The notes below the pieces were generated by a model, which worked only from the letters and a program-made list of their open reading frames with translations, did no database searches and was not told where the DNA came from. The translations under genes and the position numbers were made by a program. Shown piece after piece: positions 36,054 through 45,347 of a stretch of 64,000 nt of DNA (position 1 is its first letter; every line of letters begins with the position of its first letter). This stretch comes from Candidatus Nanoarchaeia archaeon (lineage in GTDB: Archaea > Nanobdellota > Nanobdellia > Woesearchaeales > SKIA01), in contig JANQNG010000002.1 of NCBI GenBank assembly GCA_028279685.1, forward strand, positions 76,144 through 140,143, read 5' to 3'.

Positions 36054-37915
36054 TGGAAGTAACACACACATTTCGAGGAGAGCGCATCAGTTTCGTAGGC
36101 GTTACTCCTTCTTTCATTCTTTCTAACAAAAAAGGAAACTATTGTGCATGGAGTGCTCAAGAAAACTTTTCAGCTTATTGTGGCCTTCATCAACTGATAC
36201 CCCAAGGCAAAGACTGGGATCTATTCAAAAGCATTGAGAACATTCAGTTAGTTGACACTAAAACAACAGAGCTCATCAATACCTTCTCTGGCTTTGTTAG
36301 GAAATCAGGTGACGCCACAGAGATTTTTCATCTATCAAAATTGAATTCTCTGTTTTATGACGTCGAGAATTTTCATGGTGAAATCGCACTTGAGCTAGAT
36401 TGCAGATATATCTATGACTTTTCTTCAGAAGGAAGAATTTATGAGATCATCCATGACGGGGACTATATTGTCATTCACTACCAGAAGTTCAAAGAAGATG
36501 GCCTTATTAATCTCGACTATGATTATTTCGTGATTATACGAGGGTTTCAAGATGTTGATATCAAAAAAGAATGGGTAAAAAAACACTATATGTATGATAA
36601 AAGAAGAGGCCAACAGGGAGATCGTTGGATTTTTGACGCATTGCGTTTTAAAGTGAAAGGAAATCTCAACCTCGTTATTGGGTTTGGGAAAACGTATACC
36701 AAAGCAAAGGAATATTGCGATTACGCATATATTAATAGAGAACAAATGTTAAGTAACACCAATAACTATTATAATAATCTACTCGGCAAACAGCAACTCA
36801 GTAATAAAGACAGGATTTTTGCTCTGCGCTGTGCAATGAAAGCACTAGACGACGTATGTATTGTCCGTGGTCAAGAATTTAATCTGCGAGGGATCTTTGC
36901 CGGATGGCCTTGGTTCTATCAAGTGTGGACAAGAGATGAAGCGATAAGTTTAGGAGGTCTCCTCACTACAGGAGATTATACTTTTGTGAAGGATGTCATT
37001 ATGCGTCAGATTATAAAGATCATAGAAGATGGAAGAATTCCTAATAGACATCCTCATGCAGGCTTAGGAAGTGCTGATGGTGTCGGTTGGGTATTCAAAC
37101 GTGCAGGAGATTTAATCGACACTCTGAAACGAGAGAATCTACTAGGAAGCATCTTGAGAGACGAACAACTAATAACCATCAAAAATCAATTAAAGAAAAG
37201 TATTGATGGATTGCTTAAGCACCACACAAGAAACGGATTTGCTGTCAATAGTATTAATGAAACTTGGATGGATACTACAGGAACACAAAATGATGTGCGT
37301 GACGGCGCGCGCATTGAAATTCAAGCATTACGATTATCAATGTACAAACTCATGGTTGAATTGTGTCGTATGACTAATGACAAAGAGATGAAAACCTATA
37401 AGAGCCTCTATAGAAGCCTTAAGAAGAATATTAAGACGTATTTTTTCAAAGAAGGGAAATTATATGATGGATTAAATGACCCTGCTGCAAGACCGAACAT
37501 ATTTCTAGCGTACTATATCTGCAAAGATTTCTTGAGTAATGAGGAATGGCATCAAGCATTTGATTACGCATTAGAACGATTATGGATCAGCTGGGGAGGA
37601 TTGAGTACACTCGACAAAGAACATCCTTGGTTCAAAGAATGGCATACAGGAGAGAATAACGACTCTTATCATCGTGGTGATTCCTGGTTTTTCGTAAATA
37701 ACATAGCTGCCTGGTGTCTTCATGATCTTGACGCAGAAAAATATAAGCAAACGGTGCTGAAAATACTACATGCTTCAATGGAAGATTGTCTTCGTCATGG
37801 TTTTGTAGGGCATTGTTCTGAAATTAGCTCTGCTGCAAAAATGGAAGCTTTTGGATGTTGGGCACAAGCTTGGAGCGCCTCTACTTTGGTAGAACTTTTG
37901 ATGAAAATTTCTTAA
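36053..37915 (+). CDS. Amylo-alpha-1,6-glucosidase (glycogen debranching enzyme-like)
   Basis: AGWPWFYQVWTRDE, SADG, TWMD, RPN, SYHRG, QAWS. Confidence 0.88.
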   Translation: MEVTHTFRGERISFVGVTPSFILSNKKGNYCAWSAQENFSAYCGLHQLIPQGKDWDLFKSIENIQLVDTKTTELINTFSGFVRKSGDATEIFHLSKLNSLFYDVENFHGEIALELDCRYIYDFSSEGRIYEIIHDGDYIVIHYQKFKEDGLINLDYDYFVIIRGFQDVDIKKEWVKKHYMYDKRRGQQGDRWIFDALRFKVKGNLNLVIGFGKTYTKAKEYCDYAYINREQMLSNTNNYYNNLLGKQQLSNKDRIFALRCAMKALDDVCIVRGQEFNLRGIFAGWPWFYQVWTRDEAISLGGLLTTGDYTFVKDVIMRQIIKIIEDGRIPNRHPHAGLGSADGVGWVFKRAGDLIDTLKRENLLGSILRDEQLITIKNQLKKSIDGLLKHHTRNGFAVNSINETWMDTTGTQNDVRDGARIEIQALRLSMYKLMVELCRMTNDKEMKTYKSLYRSLKKNIKTYFFKEGKLYDGLNDPAARPNIFLAYYICKDFLSNEEWHQAFDYALERLWISWGGLSTLDKEHPWFKEWHTGENNDSYHRGDSWFFVNNIAAWCLHDLDAEKYKQTVLKILHASMEDCLRHGFVGHCSEISSAAKMEAFGCWAQAWSASTLVELLMKIS

Positions 37916-38298
37916 CTTTCTCTGTTAACCATGATACAGCTATGATGAATACATTCAATATTATGCTGTTCACAGAATGCTATTGCTTTTTCTGATTCTG
38001 AACCTGGTTGCATCCAGACTCTCTTAATGTGCAATGCAGCACATTCCTCCACAATTCTTTCCGTGACTGAAGGAGGCACCACCATATCAACGAGATCTAT
38101 CTCTTTAACAGCATCAATTGCTTCTTTCAATGTTGAGAAACATCTCAATCCAAGAATTTCCTTTTCCTTGAGATTAATGGGAATCACCTTATAACCTGCT
38201 TCCTTCAATACATTGAGAATCTTATAGCCATATTTCTCTGGATTGGCAGTCGCACCGACAACGGCAACATATTTATCTTTGTTGACAAATCCCATCAT
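37912..38298 (-). CDS. CoA-binding protein (YccU-like)
   Basis: AVVGAT..PEKYG, VWMQPG, CIMV. Confidence 0.9.
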   Translation of the reverse strand: MMGFVNKDKYVAVVGATANPEKYGYKILNVLKEAGYKVIPINLKEKEILGLRCFSTLKEAIDAVKEIDLVDMVVPPSVTERIVEECAALHIKRVWMQPGSESEKAIAFCEQHNIECIHHSCIMVNRES

Positions 38299-38304
38299 AC
38301 ACCT

Positions 38305-39261
38305 CTACTCAAAGAGACTTTCAGGAACATAACATTGTTTAAGCAGATTATCAGACTCAATAATCTTATAATCTGAGACACTAAAATGTCTCCTCAGATC
38401 ATTGATAACCCCTTTTGAAAGACTCTCTGTTTCAATCACCATAAGCAATTCATAATCACCTATTATCTTGACGAGTTCTACTATGTTTTTATGCTGTTTT
38501 GCATATTCCACGACTTTATTTATTTCATCGGAATCTTCATAGTCTAATCTCAACAAAAGGTATCTTCGAGAAATATCTGCATTAGGATAATTAAGAAGAA
38601 TGCTGTATTTTCGGATAACTCTTTTAGATTCAAGCTGCTTCTTTATACTCACCACTGTTTTTGAGTCGAGATTTAGGTTTCTTGCAATATTGATCACAGG
38701 TTCCTTAGCATTCTGGTGTAACAATTGCAGAACTGCCTTCTGACGATTATTCAAAGGCATCACATCCCTATCTCCTGAAAGAATGATTTGAGAATCATTT
38801 GTAGATTTGGCCATATATTTCCTCTCGTAAAGATGTTTCACAATAACCACTTGGATATCTGCTATTCTGAGCATGGATCTATAATCATGAAGCAGCTCTC
38901 TATGCTGCTTATTGAACAACGAAAGATTAGGCACTGAAAATTCTACCATGAGATCCGCACCATGAGAAACTTCCTCGACGGTAACAATGTGCGGATGACT
39001 CATCAGATGAGCCTTCAATTTAGCTAATGCTCTGCTCTCAAAATTCTGATAATGATAGAGCACAACAATGTTAATGAGCCCGAACCGTGCAGGATCAATA
39101 ACAGTTTGGTAGTTTTGGAGTATTTTTTTCTGAAAAAGATTCTGGACGAGATAACTCGCTGATTGCTGACTTACCCTCAAGAGTTTCCCCAACTCTTTAG
39201 TGGTTATCCTCGAGTTTCTCGAGAGAAAGTAGAGAACTTTACCTAATTTCTTAACACCCAT
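38305..39261 (-). CDS. Tandem-duplicated Lrp/AsnC transcriptional regulator
   Basis: Two HTH plus RAM repeats (NSRITTKELGK; NAKEPVINIA; G.DL/GDYEL); ATG 39261 preferred. Confidence 0.85.
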   Translation of the reverse strand: MGVKKLGKVLYFLSRNSRITTKELGKLLRVSQQSASYLVQNLFQKKILQNYQTVIDPARFGLINIVVLYHYQNFESRALAKLKAHLMSHPHIVTVEEVSHGADLMVEFSVPNLSLFNKQHRELLHDYRSMLRIADIQVVIVKHLYERKYMAKSTNDSQIILSGDRDVMPLNNRQKAVLQLLHQNAKEPVINIARNLNLDSKTVVSIKKQLESKRVIRKYSILLNYPNADISRRYLLLRLDYEDSDEINKVVEYAKQHKNIVELVKIIGDYELLMVIETESLSKGVINDLRRHFSVSDYKIIESDNLLKQCYVPESLFE

Positions 39262-39355
39262 CTTTGTAGGAAATACATCAGTTATATATAAAACTTCTGA
39301 AAATACTGAAAAGCACTGAGATAGCTTTAAATCTAAAGCGTTTGCTTTTAGCAAT

Positions 39356-40621
39356 ATGGGTGAAATTAAGAACGAAGTGAAAGTTGAAGACACGCTGACA
39401 ATTGTGATGGTTCTCTACGCAAGACCCCATGTTGGAGGAAGTGGCATCTCTGGAACACAAATGGCTATTGAGCTGGCAAAAAGAGGTCATGATGTTCATA
39501 TTGTAAGTTATCCAAACACCTACTTAACAGAAGAAGAGAAAAAATATCTAACCATTCATCCTATTCCTAACATCAACTACAGCAGTTTCAAGGCAATGCC
39601 TATTGAGATGGCCTTTGCAGGAGTGATCTACAACATAGCGAAAACAAAAGGAATCGATATTCTTCAAGCACATTATAATGTCACCCATGCAGGTGCTATA
39701 ATAGATGCAAGAGACAGCATTATCCTTGGTATGAAAAATGGAGAACTCCCAAAACAAGAAAGAAGACCTGTAGCTATTATCACCAATAGAGGCACAGATA
39801 TTAGTATCCACGCATTTAATCCTCTTCTCTCACCAAGCATGCAACTGAGACTCAGTCAGGCAGATGAATTTACTTTTGTTTCTCACGCACTCCAAGATCT
39901 TGCAAAAAAAGCATTCAATCTTCCTCATTACGGAAAAGTCATTCACAACTTTGTTGATGAAGGTCGATTTAGTAACCATGTTGAAGAACGAAAGCTCCTA
40001 AGAAAAAAACTTAACATCAACGAAGACACTGTTGTGTTCTATCATGTTTCAAACTTTAGGCCAGTTAAAAATATTCCTGTTATTGTAGAAGCTTATTTTC
40101 GAGCAAAAATCAGCAACAACATAACCAATACAAAATTGCTCTTTATAGGAGATGGGGAAATGAGAACAAAAATTGAAGAAATGGTCAAAAGTTATCAACT
40201 TCAAGAAGATGTGATCTTTTTAGGGAGTGTAGCTCCAGAAGAAATGGACGCATACACTGCAGTAGGAGATGTACTCATTCTTCCATCGCTAAGTGAAGGT
40301 CTTGCCAGAGTAAGTTTAGAAGCACTTCATGCAAGAAAAGGAATCATTGCATCTAATAAAGGAGGAAATCCAGAGGTTGTTGAGCCAGGAATTAATGGTT
40401 TTTTGATTGAGCCTCATGACGTTGAAAAATTATCTAAATATATTGTAGAATTTGTAAACAATCCTAGTCTTCCTAGAAAAATGGGAACACTCGGGCGAAA
40501 CATTGCAGAAACAAAATTCAATAGAACACATATTATTGATCAATACGAAAATCTCTACTATGAAACATTAAAAAAGACTAACGCAATCCCTCTTGAAGTT
40601 ATAGAATCGGAGGAAAATTAA
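39356..40621 (+). CDS. BshA-like GT4 glycosyltransferase
   Basis: VGGSG...LAKRGHDVH, AHY..THA, RGTDI, SNFRPVK, SEG...LEA. Confidence 0.82.
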   Translation: MGEIKNEVKVEDTLTIVMVLYARPHVGGSGISGTQMAIELAKRGHDVHIVSYPNTYLTEEEKKYLTIHPIPNINYSSFKAMPIEMAFAGVIYNIAKTKGIDILQAHYNVTHAGAIIDARDSIILGMKNGELPKQERRPVAIITNRGTDISIHAFNPLLSPSMQLRLSQADEFTFVSHALQDLAKKAFNLPHYGKVIHNFVDEGRFSNHVEERKLLRKKLNINEDTVVFYHVSNFRPVKNIPVIVEAYFRAKISNNITNTKLLFIGDGEMRTKIEEMVKSYQLQEDVIFLGSVAPEEMDAYTAVGDVLILPSLSEGLARVSLEALHARKGIIASNKGGNPEVVEPGINGFLIEPHDVEKLSKYIVEFVNNPSLPRKMGTLGRNIAETKFNRTHIIDQYENLYYETLKKTNAIPLEVIESEEN

Positions 40622-40623
40622 AC

Positions 40624-41298
40624 ATGGCTAATATTCTTGCAATTATCGCACATCCTGACGATGAAATGAATTGTGCAGGGCTTATGACAAAGAATTCTAA
40701 AGAAGGCGGAGAGAATTTTATTGTTTGTTTTGTCGATAATGAAGGACGAAAAGAAGAACTAAAAAAAAGTTGTAAGATTCTTAATGCAGAATTCACAACA
40801 TTAGGTTTTAACCAATTGGAAATTACACCTTCTCATGCTCTACGAAAAAAACTAAAAAATCTCATTGTTTCTTTCAAACCAGATATCGTTGTTATTCAAT
40901 CCAAAGATTATCATCCTGATCACCAGATTATTCATGATTTCGCACTCCATGTAATGGAATTTGCAAGCCATGGAGATGAAAATACAGCATGGCTCACTCC
41001 AGTCATATTAGAACTTGAAGCTTCCGCATTAATCGATTACCCTGATGTTATATATGATATCACCAACGAACAAGAAGCAAGAAAGGAAGTTATGAAAGTC
41101 CATCAATCACAGGTGAAACGAAAAAGCTTTGGTAAATATTATTTGGACATAGTAGAACAGAAAGCACGACTACGAGGGGCGCAAATAGGTACAGAATATG
41201 GAGAAGCATATCGTTTACACCACTTATCTATTAAAGGAAACTTTTACCCTACTTCAAGAGGATATAGAAATGTAGGAGATATTTTTTCTCGAAAATGA
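40624..41298 (+). CDS. PIG-L/BshB-like N-acetylglucosaminyl deacetylase
   Basis: AHPDDE, DYHPDH, HQSQ, RG..IG..YGEAY. Confidence 0.88.
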   Translation: MANILAIIAHPDDEMNCAGLMTKNSKEGGENFIVCFVDNEGRKEELKKSCKILNAEFTTLGFNQLEITPSHALRKKLKNLIVSFKPDIVVIQSKDYHPDHQIIHDFALHVMEFASHGDENTAWLTPVILELEASALIDYPDVIYDITNEQEARKEVMKVHQSQVKRKSFGKYYLDIVEQKARLRGAQIGTEYGEAYRLHHLSIKGNFYPTSRGYRNVGDIFSRK

Positions 41299-42428
41299 CC
41301 GCAAAAGCAGTAGTTGTAGGATTATATGGAGCAAATCCACTAGGTATTGTGAGGAGCCTTGGTATAGAAGAAATTCCTGTTATAGGTGTACATTATGAGA
41401 ACAAATATCCTCACGCAAAATATTCAAAGTATCTAGAAAATCATCATATTGTTGAAGGAGAAGAAGCCGCGATCCAAAAACTTGTAGATATAGGTAAAAC
41501 ATTTGATGAAAAATCTGTTTTATTCGCGACAGGAGATACTCGAGTACTCTTGTTAGAAGATAATAAAGAGATACTTTCAGAATTTTATCATGTTCCTCTA
41601 GTTTCCAAAAGAAATATCAGAGATATTATTGATAAACATGCTGTTCTCTCTGTTGGAAAAGAAGCAGGATTTCTTGTTCCTCGCTCTACATATCTTTCTG
41701 ATTTGCTCAATAACTCTACTGAAATTTCATTCCCCATACTTCTTAAACCTTTGAACAGCACCATAGGCACTAAAGATGATATGGTTTTAGTTCAAACTAA
41801 AGATGAACTTAATAAAAAAATAAAAACATTAAACAAAGATGTTTCTAAAATAATTGCAGAAGAATATATCAAAGGACCTATAACTAATCATTTCGAAGTT
41901 CACACATATTTATCATCAGAAGGCCCTCTTATAGGAGGTATGTTACAACGACTCAAAGAATACCATGTTGGAAAAGATGCAAAAGAAGGCTTTATGAACA
42001 AATCGACATGGATTGATGCATTAGTTCATCCTAGTTTGAAATTAACAGAAAGCCTTAAGTTCAATGGAGCCATAGATATTAATCTTATAAGAGACGAAGA
42101 TAGTGGTCAATTCTATTTTATAGAAGCAAATTTAAGAACTAGTTCGAACCTTATTCTCGACACTATGGCAGGATTAAACCTACCAGCAATTATTTATCAT
42201 GATCTCACAGGAAACAATTTCTCAAAATATGTGCATACTGATTATAGAAAAGATGTTTTCTGGATGTATGATCATCGTATACTCTCAGAACTTGAGCACG
42301 GAAATATCACACTCGAAGAAATAGCACCATATTTTATGCAAGATCATGTTTGCGCATTCTATGATAAAAATGACTCGATTCCTTATATCGAATCTCTAAG
42401 AAAGGGAAAACTTCTGCCAAAAAGGTAA
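41295..42428 (+). CDS. ATP-grasp carboxylate-amine ligase (D-aspartate ligase-like)
   Basis: LGIVRSLG, IDK, FPILLKP, EEYIKG, YFIEANLR. Confidence 0.82.
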   Translation: MTAKAVVVGLYGANPLGIVRSLGIEEIPVIGVHYENKYPHAKYSKYLENHHIVEGEEAAIQKLVDIGKTFDEKSVLFATGDTRVLLLEDNKEILSEFYHVPLVSKRNIRDIIDKHAVLSVGKEAGFLVPRSTYLSDLLNNSTEISFPILLKPLNSTIGTKDDMVLVQTKDELNKKIKTLNKDVSKIIAEEYIKGPITNHFEVHTYLSSEGPLIGGMLQRLKEYHVGKDAKEGFMNKSTWIDALVHPSLKLTESLKFNGAIDINLIRDEDSGQFYFIEANLRTSSNLILDTMAGLNLPAIIYHDLTGNNFSKYVHTDYRKDVFWMYDHRILSELEHGNITLEEIAPYFMQDHVCAFYDKNDSIPYIESLRKGKLLPKR

Positions 42429-42606
42429 ATAATATTTAAATGCCTTTGTTTCGATTTGCATTATCATGAAACCATAGCTGATTATAAAAGAGAGGCTGTC
42501 GAATATATCCTGAATACTACTCCTTCATTCCACAAAAGTCTCCTGAAAATCATCCAAAATCTATAAAAAGGGCTAATTCTTTAAAAGCACAAAGAGGGTT
42601 TAGTGG

Positions 42607-44670
42607 ATGAAGAACCATATCATGTGGATAGTTGTAGTGATAGTTCTTGCAGGTTTTGTTCTAGCTGATGACACCAAAATAGATGACATTTACATCGCTT
42701 ATACAGGCAATTTCACCCTTGAAGGCCATACATTCGGAGTTACAACACAGAATGAAGACGCTGTACTGATGAACCGTAATGGCCAGAATACAATCTATTG
42801 GAAAGATCGCTGTACTTTCCTCAGTTTCCATAAATTCTGCCTGGAAGCCGCATCAACAACAAGCGCACGATTCGCCATCTATTCTTTAATACCTACTGTG
42901 GAATTGGATATGAGCACAAACACTACAACACTCATTGAAGGAGATGATCTCCTTGTAAAAGCAGAGATTGAAAACTCAGGAGAACAACAAACACAATTCT
43001 TTCTCGAGATCAGATATCCAGAAACCTTCCTTTTTGTTGATGGGCCTAATACCCTAGAGTACCCTGAACCTGCTATGTACTGGGAAAACTTCCAAGGTCC
43101 TCCTCTTCAAGAACAAGTGCTCTATTATGACTCTTATCTCCAACCTAATACAATAGAGTACTTCAACTTTACGATCAAAGCAATTCATAATATCACAAAA
43201 GCATCAATTAACATATCATTAATCTTCTTCAACAGTACAGATAACGAATCAATAGATACAGAAAATATTAAGGTCAATGTTAATGGTTTGCTTGATTTCA
43301 GCCTAAAACCTCCTCGGTTGAGAAAAGGTGATGAGGGTCTTGTCGACATTAAAATCAAAAATGAGAAAACACATAATGTTACTCTTGCTAAGATGGCGTT
43401 GGTTCTCCCTAATCATATCTATTGGGGAGATATAAGCTTCAAAAAACTCGGAGCATCGAATCAGTATGTCAATCCAGGATTATCGCAATATGACAATGCA
43501 CTCCTTTATATTAAAACACTGACTCCTCAACAGGAAATCAACTTCAGCATACCTGTCAGCTCAGACCGAAAAGGAATCTACGATCTTATCGTAATAAGAA
43601 AAATGTATAGTACTGATAGCAATCAATCTTTTGTCAGTATTGAAAAAGCACCCGTTGAAGTTATAGATCACACTATCACCACAGAGACGAGCACCTCGAA
43701 AAAACTTATCTATATAGATGATACCACAACGTTTACAACTACAATAAGAAATGATGATCATGTGACTTTTGAACATGTGAATGTCAGTGTCATTTCGGAT
43801 TTGTTTTGGTTTGAGAACGAAACTTCTTTGTTTCCAGGAGAAGAGAAAACGTTTTCCTTTGATTTTTCTCCTGAGAAATATGAGGAGAAAAAACCTTACG
43901 AAGTTACATTTAAGATTCATTACAAGCTGCAAGATGATCCTGCTTATTATCTGAAAGAATCCAAAGAAACCATAACACTTATCCAAGGCAATAGGCCAAA
44001 ACATATCACTCAAGAAAACAACACCATGGAACCTGTCAGTTTCCTTACAGATATTGAAACAACCTTTGAACTTCCTCCAGAGCAGCGATTATTTGTCGAA
44101 GACAAAACTCCTTCTACTATCATGAAAGGAGATTCCCTTAGAGTCGAAATAGCACTCGAGAAGAAAGGCTTCATAGGAGACATCAATATCACTATCACAC
44201 TGAATGATGAAACAGTGATTGACACCATAGATTATGATTTCAATAACACGAAATACGTAAGAAGATTTGATGTTCCTGAGGAGAATGAAGTACGACTCTC
44301 TTATGTGGTGTCTTATGTTGAGAACGGGACTCCTGTAGAGGTAAGTAATCAAAAAGTGGTTGTTATTGAAGAGCCATTGCAAGAAGTCATTATTGAAGAG
44401 CCTGTTAACGTCTGGTGGTTCATCTATCCATTGCTTGTGCTGATTATTATTATTGCGTTTCTCGTCGCTATTCCGAAAAAGAAAGCGATTGAGAGACGAT
44501 ATCATCAACTGAAAACATCACTTGATGATGATAAGAAAGATCTCCTTGAACTAAAGAAAGTAATAACTGATCCTCAACAAGTTTCTGTTATTAGAAGCAT
44601 TGAGCGAGACCTTACTATCCAAGAGAAAAAACTTGAGAAACTCAAGCGAAAGCTCAAAAAGACGAAATAG
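42607..44670 (+). CDS. Large surface protein with Ig-like domains and C-terminal TM anchor
   Basis: Signal peptide, repeated beta-rich units (IENSG, IKNE, IRND, PGEEKTF), many N-x-S/T sequons, C-terminal TM plus coiled coil. Confidence 0.75.
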   Translation: MKNHIMWIVVVIVLAGFVLADDTKIDDIYIAYTGNFTLEGHTFGVTTQNEDAVLMNRNGQNTIYWKDRCTFLSFHKFCLEAASTTSARFAIYSLIPTVELDMSTNTTTLIEGDDLLVKAEIENSGEQQTQFFLEIRYPETFLFVDGPNTLEYPEPAMYWENFQGPPLQEQVLYYDSYLQPNTIEYFNFTIKAIHNITKASINISLIFFNSTDNESIDTENIKVNVNGLLDFSLKPPRLRKGDEGLVDIKIKNEKTHNVTLAKMALVLPNHIYWGDISFKKLGASNQYVNPGLSQYDNALLYIKTLTPQQEINFSIPVSSDRKGIYDLIVIRKMYSTDSNQSFVSIEKAPVEVIDHTITTETSTSKKLIYIDDTTTFTTTIRNDDHVTFEHVNVSVISDLFWFENETSLFPGEEKTFSFDFSPEKYEEKKPYEVTFKIHYKLQDDPAYYLKESKETITLIQGNRPKHITQENNTMEPVSFLTDIETTFELPPEQRLFVEDKTPSTIMKGDSLRVEIALEKKGFIGDINITITLNDETVIDTIDYDFNNTKYVRRFDVPEENEVRLSYVVSYVENGTPVEVSNQKVVVIEEPLQEVIIEEPVNVWWFIYPLLVLIIIIAFLVAIPKKKAIERRYHQLKTSLDDDKKDLLELKKVITDPQQVSVIRSIERDLTIQEKKLEKLKRKLKKTK

Positions 44671-44740
44671 GACTATTTGCTGAGAGTTACATAACAATTA
44701 TATATGATCGTTTCGTTTGAAAGAAGAGAAGAGGTGTATC

Positions 44741-45259
44741 ATGGGTTTTTTAGACAAATTGAATCCATTCAAGAAGAAAGATGATCTTTTTGGAGACTTC
44801 GACAGCCATCCCGATAAACTGAATGATCCTCTCGGAGGGCCGCAAACTCCAGATGATATACATAAAGATTCTTCATTTCACGATCCTCTAGGAGCATCTG
44901 ATCCTTTTGGAGCGCCTCCTGGAGGCGATTTACCTCCTGCAGGAATGCCCCCTCCCGATTCATCATTCCCTTCTGCGCAGCCAGCAGAATTAAGTTCTAA
45001 AATGGGAGGAAGTCCTTTCTCTGACCAGCCATTCAGCTCTCCTGCTGCTCCGCAGGAATTACCAAAGGGAGAGCCTGCCGCAGATAATGAAAAACACACG
45101 TTACTCATGGAGAAATCTAATATGAGCCTTGAATTGGTGTCTGCTAAGCTCGATAGTATCAAAGCAGCCATTGACAGCATAAATGTACGACTAAGAAATC
45201 TTGAGAAGATGGCTTCTGACAGCCAGAATCCTCCCGAACCCAAAGATAAATGGTGGTAA
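44741..45259 (+). CDS. Pro/Asp-rich protein with amphipathic N-terminus and C-terminal coiled coil
   Basis: MGFLDKLNPFKKK; LELVSAKLDSIKAAIDSINVRL; SD GAGGTG. Confidence 0.7.
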   Translation: MGFLDKLNPFKKKDDLFGDFDSHPDKLNDPLGGPQTPDDIHKDSSFHDPLGASDPFGAPPGGDLPPAGMPPPDSSFPSAQPAELSSKMGGSPFSDQPFSSPAAPQELPKGEPAADNEKHTLLMEKSNMSLELVSAKLDSIKAAIDSINVRLRNLEKMASDSQNPPEPKDKWW

Positions 45260-45347
45260 CCATTCTGTTAAGGCAGTATTGCCTTAGTATCAATCACCTT
45301 AACATTTATAAATAACCTCTCTCTGGCTAGTGTAAAGGGGATGAGCA

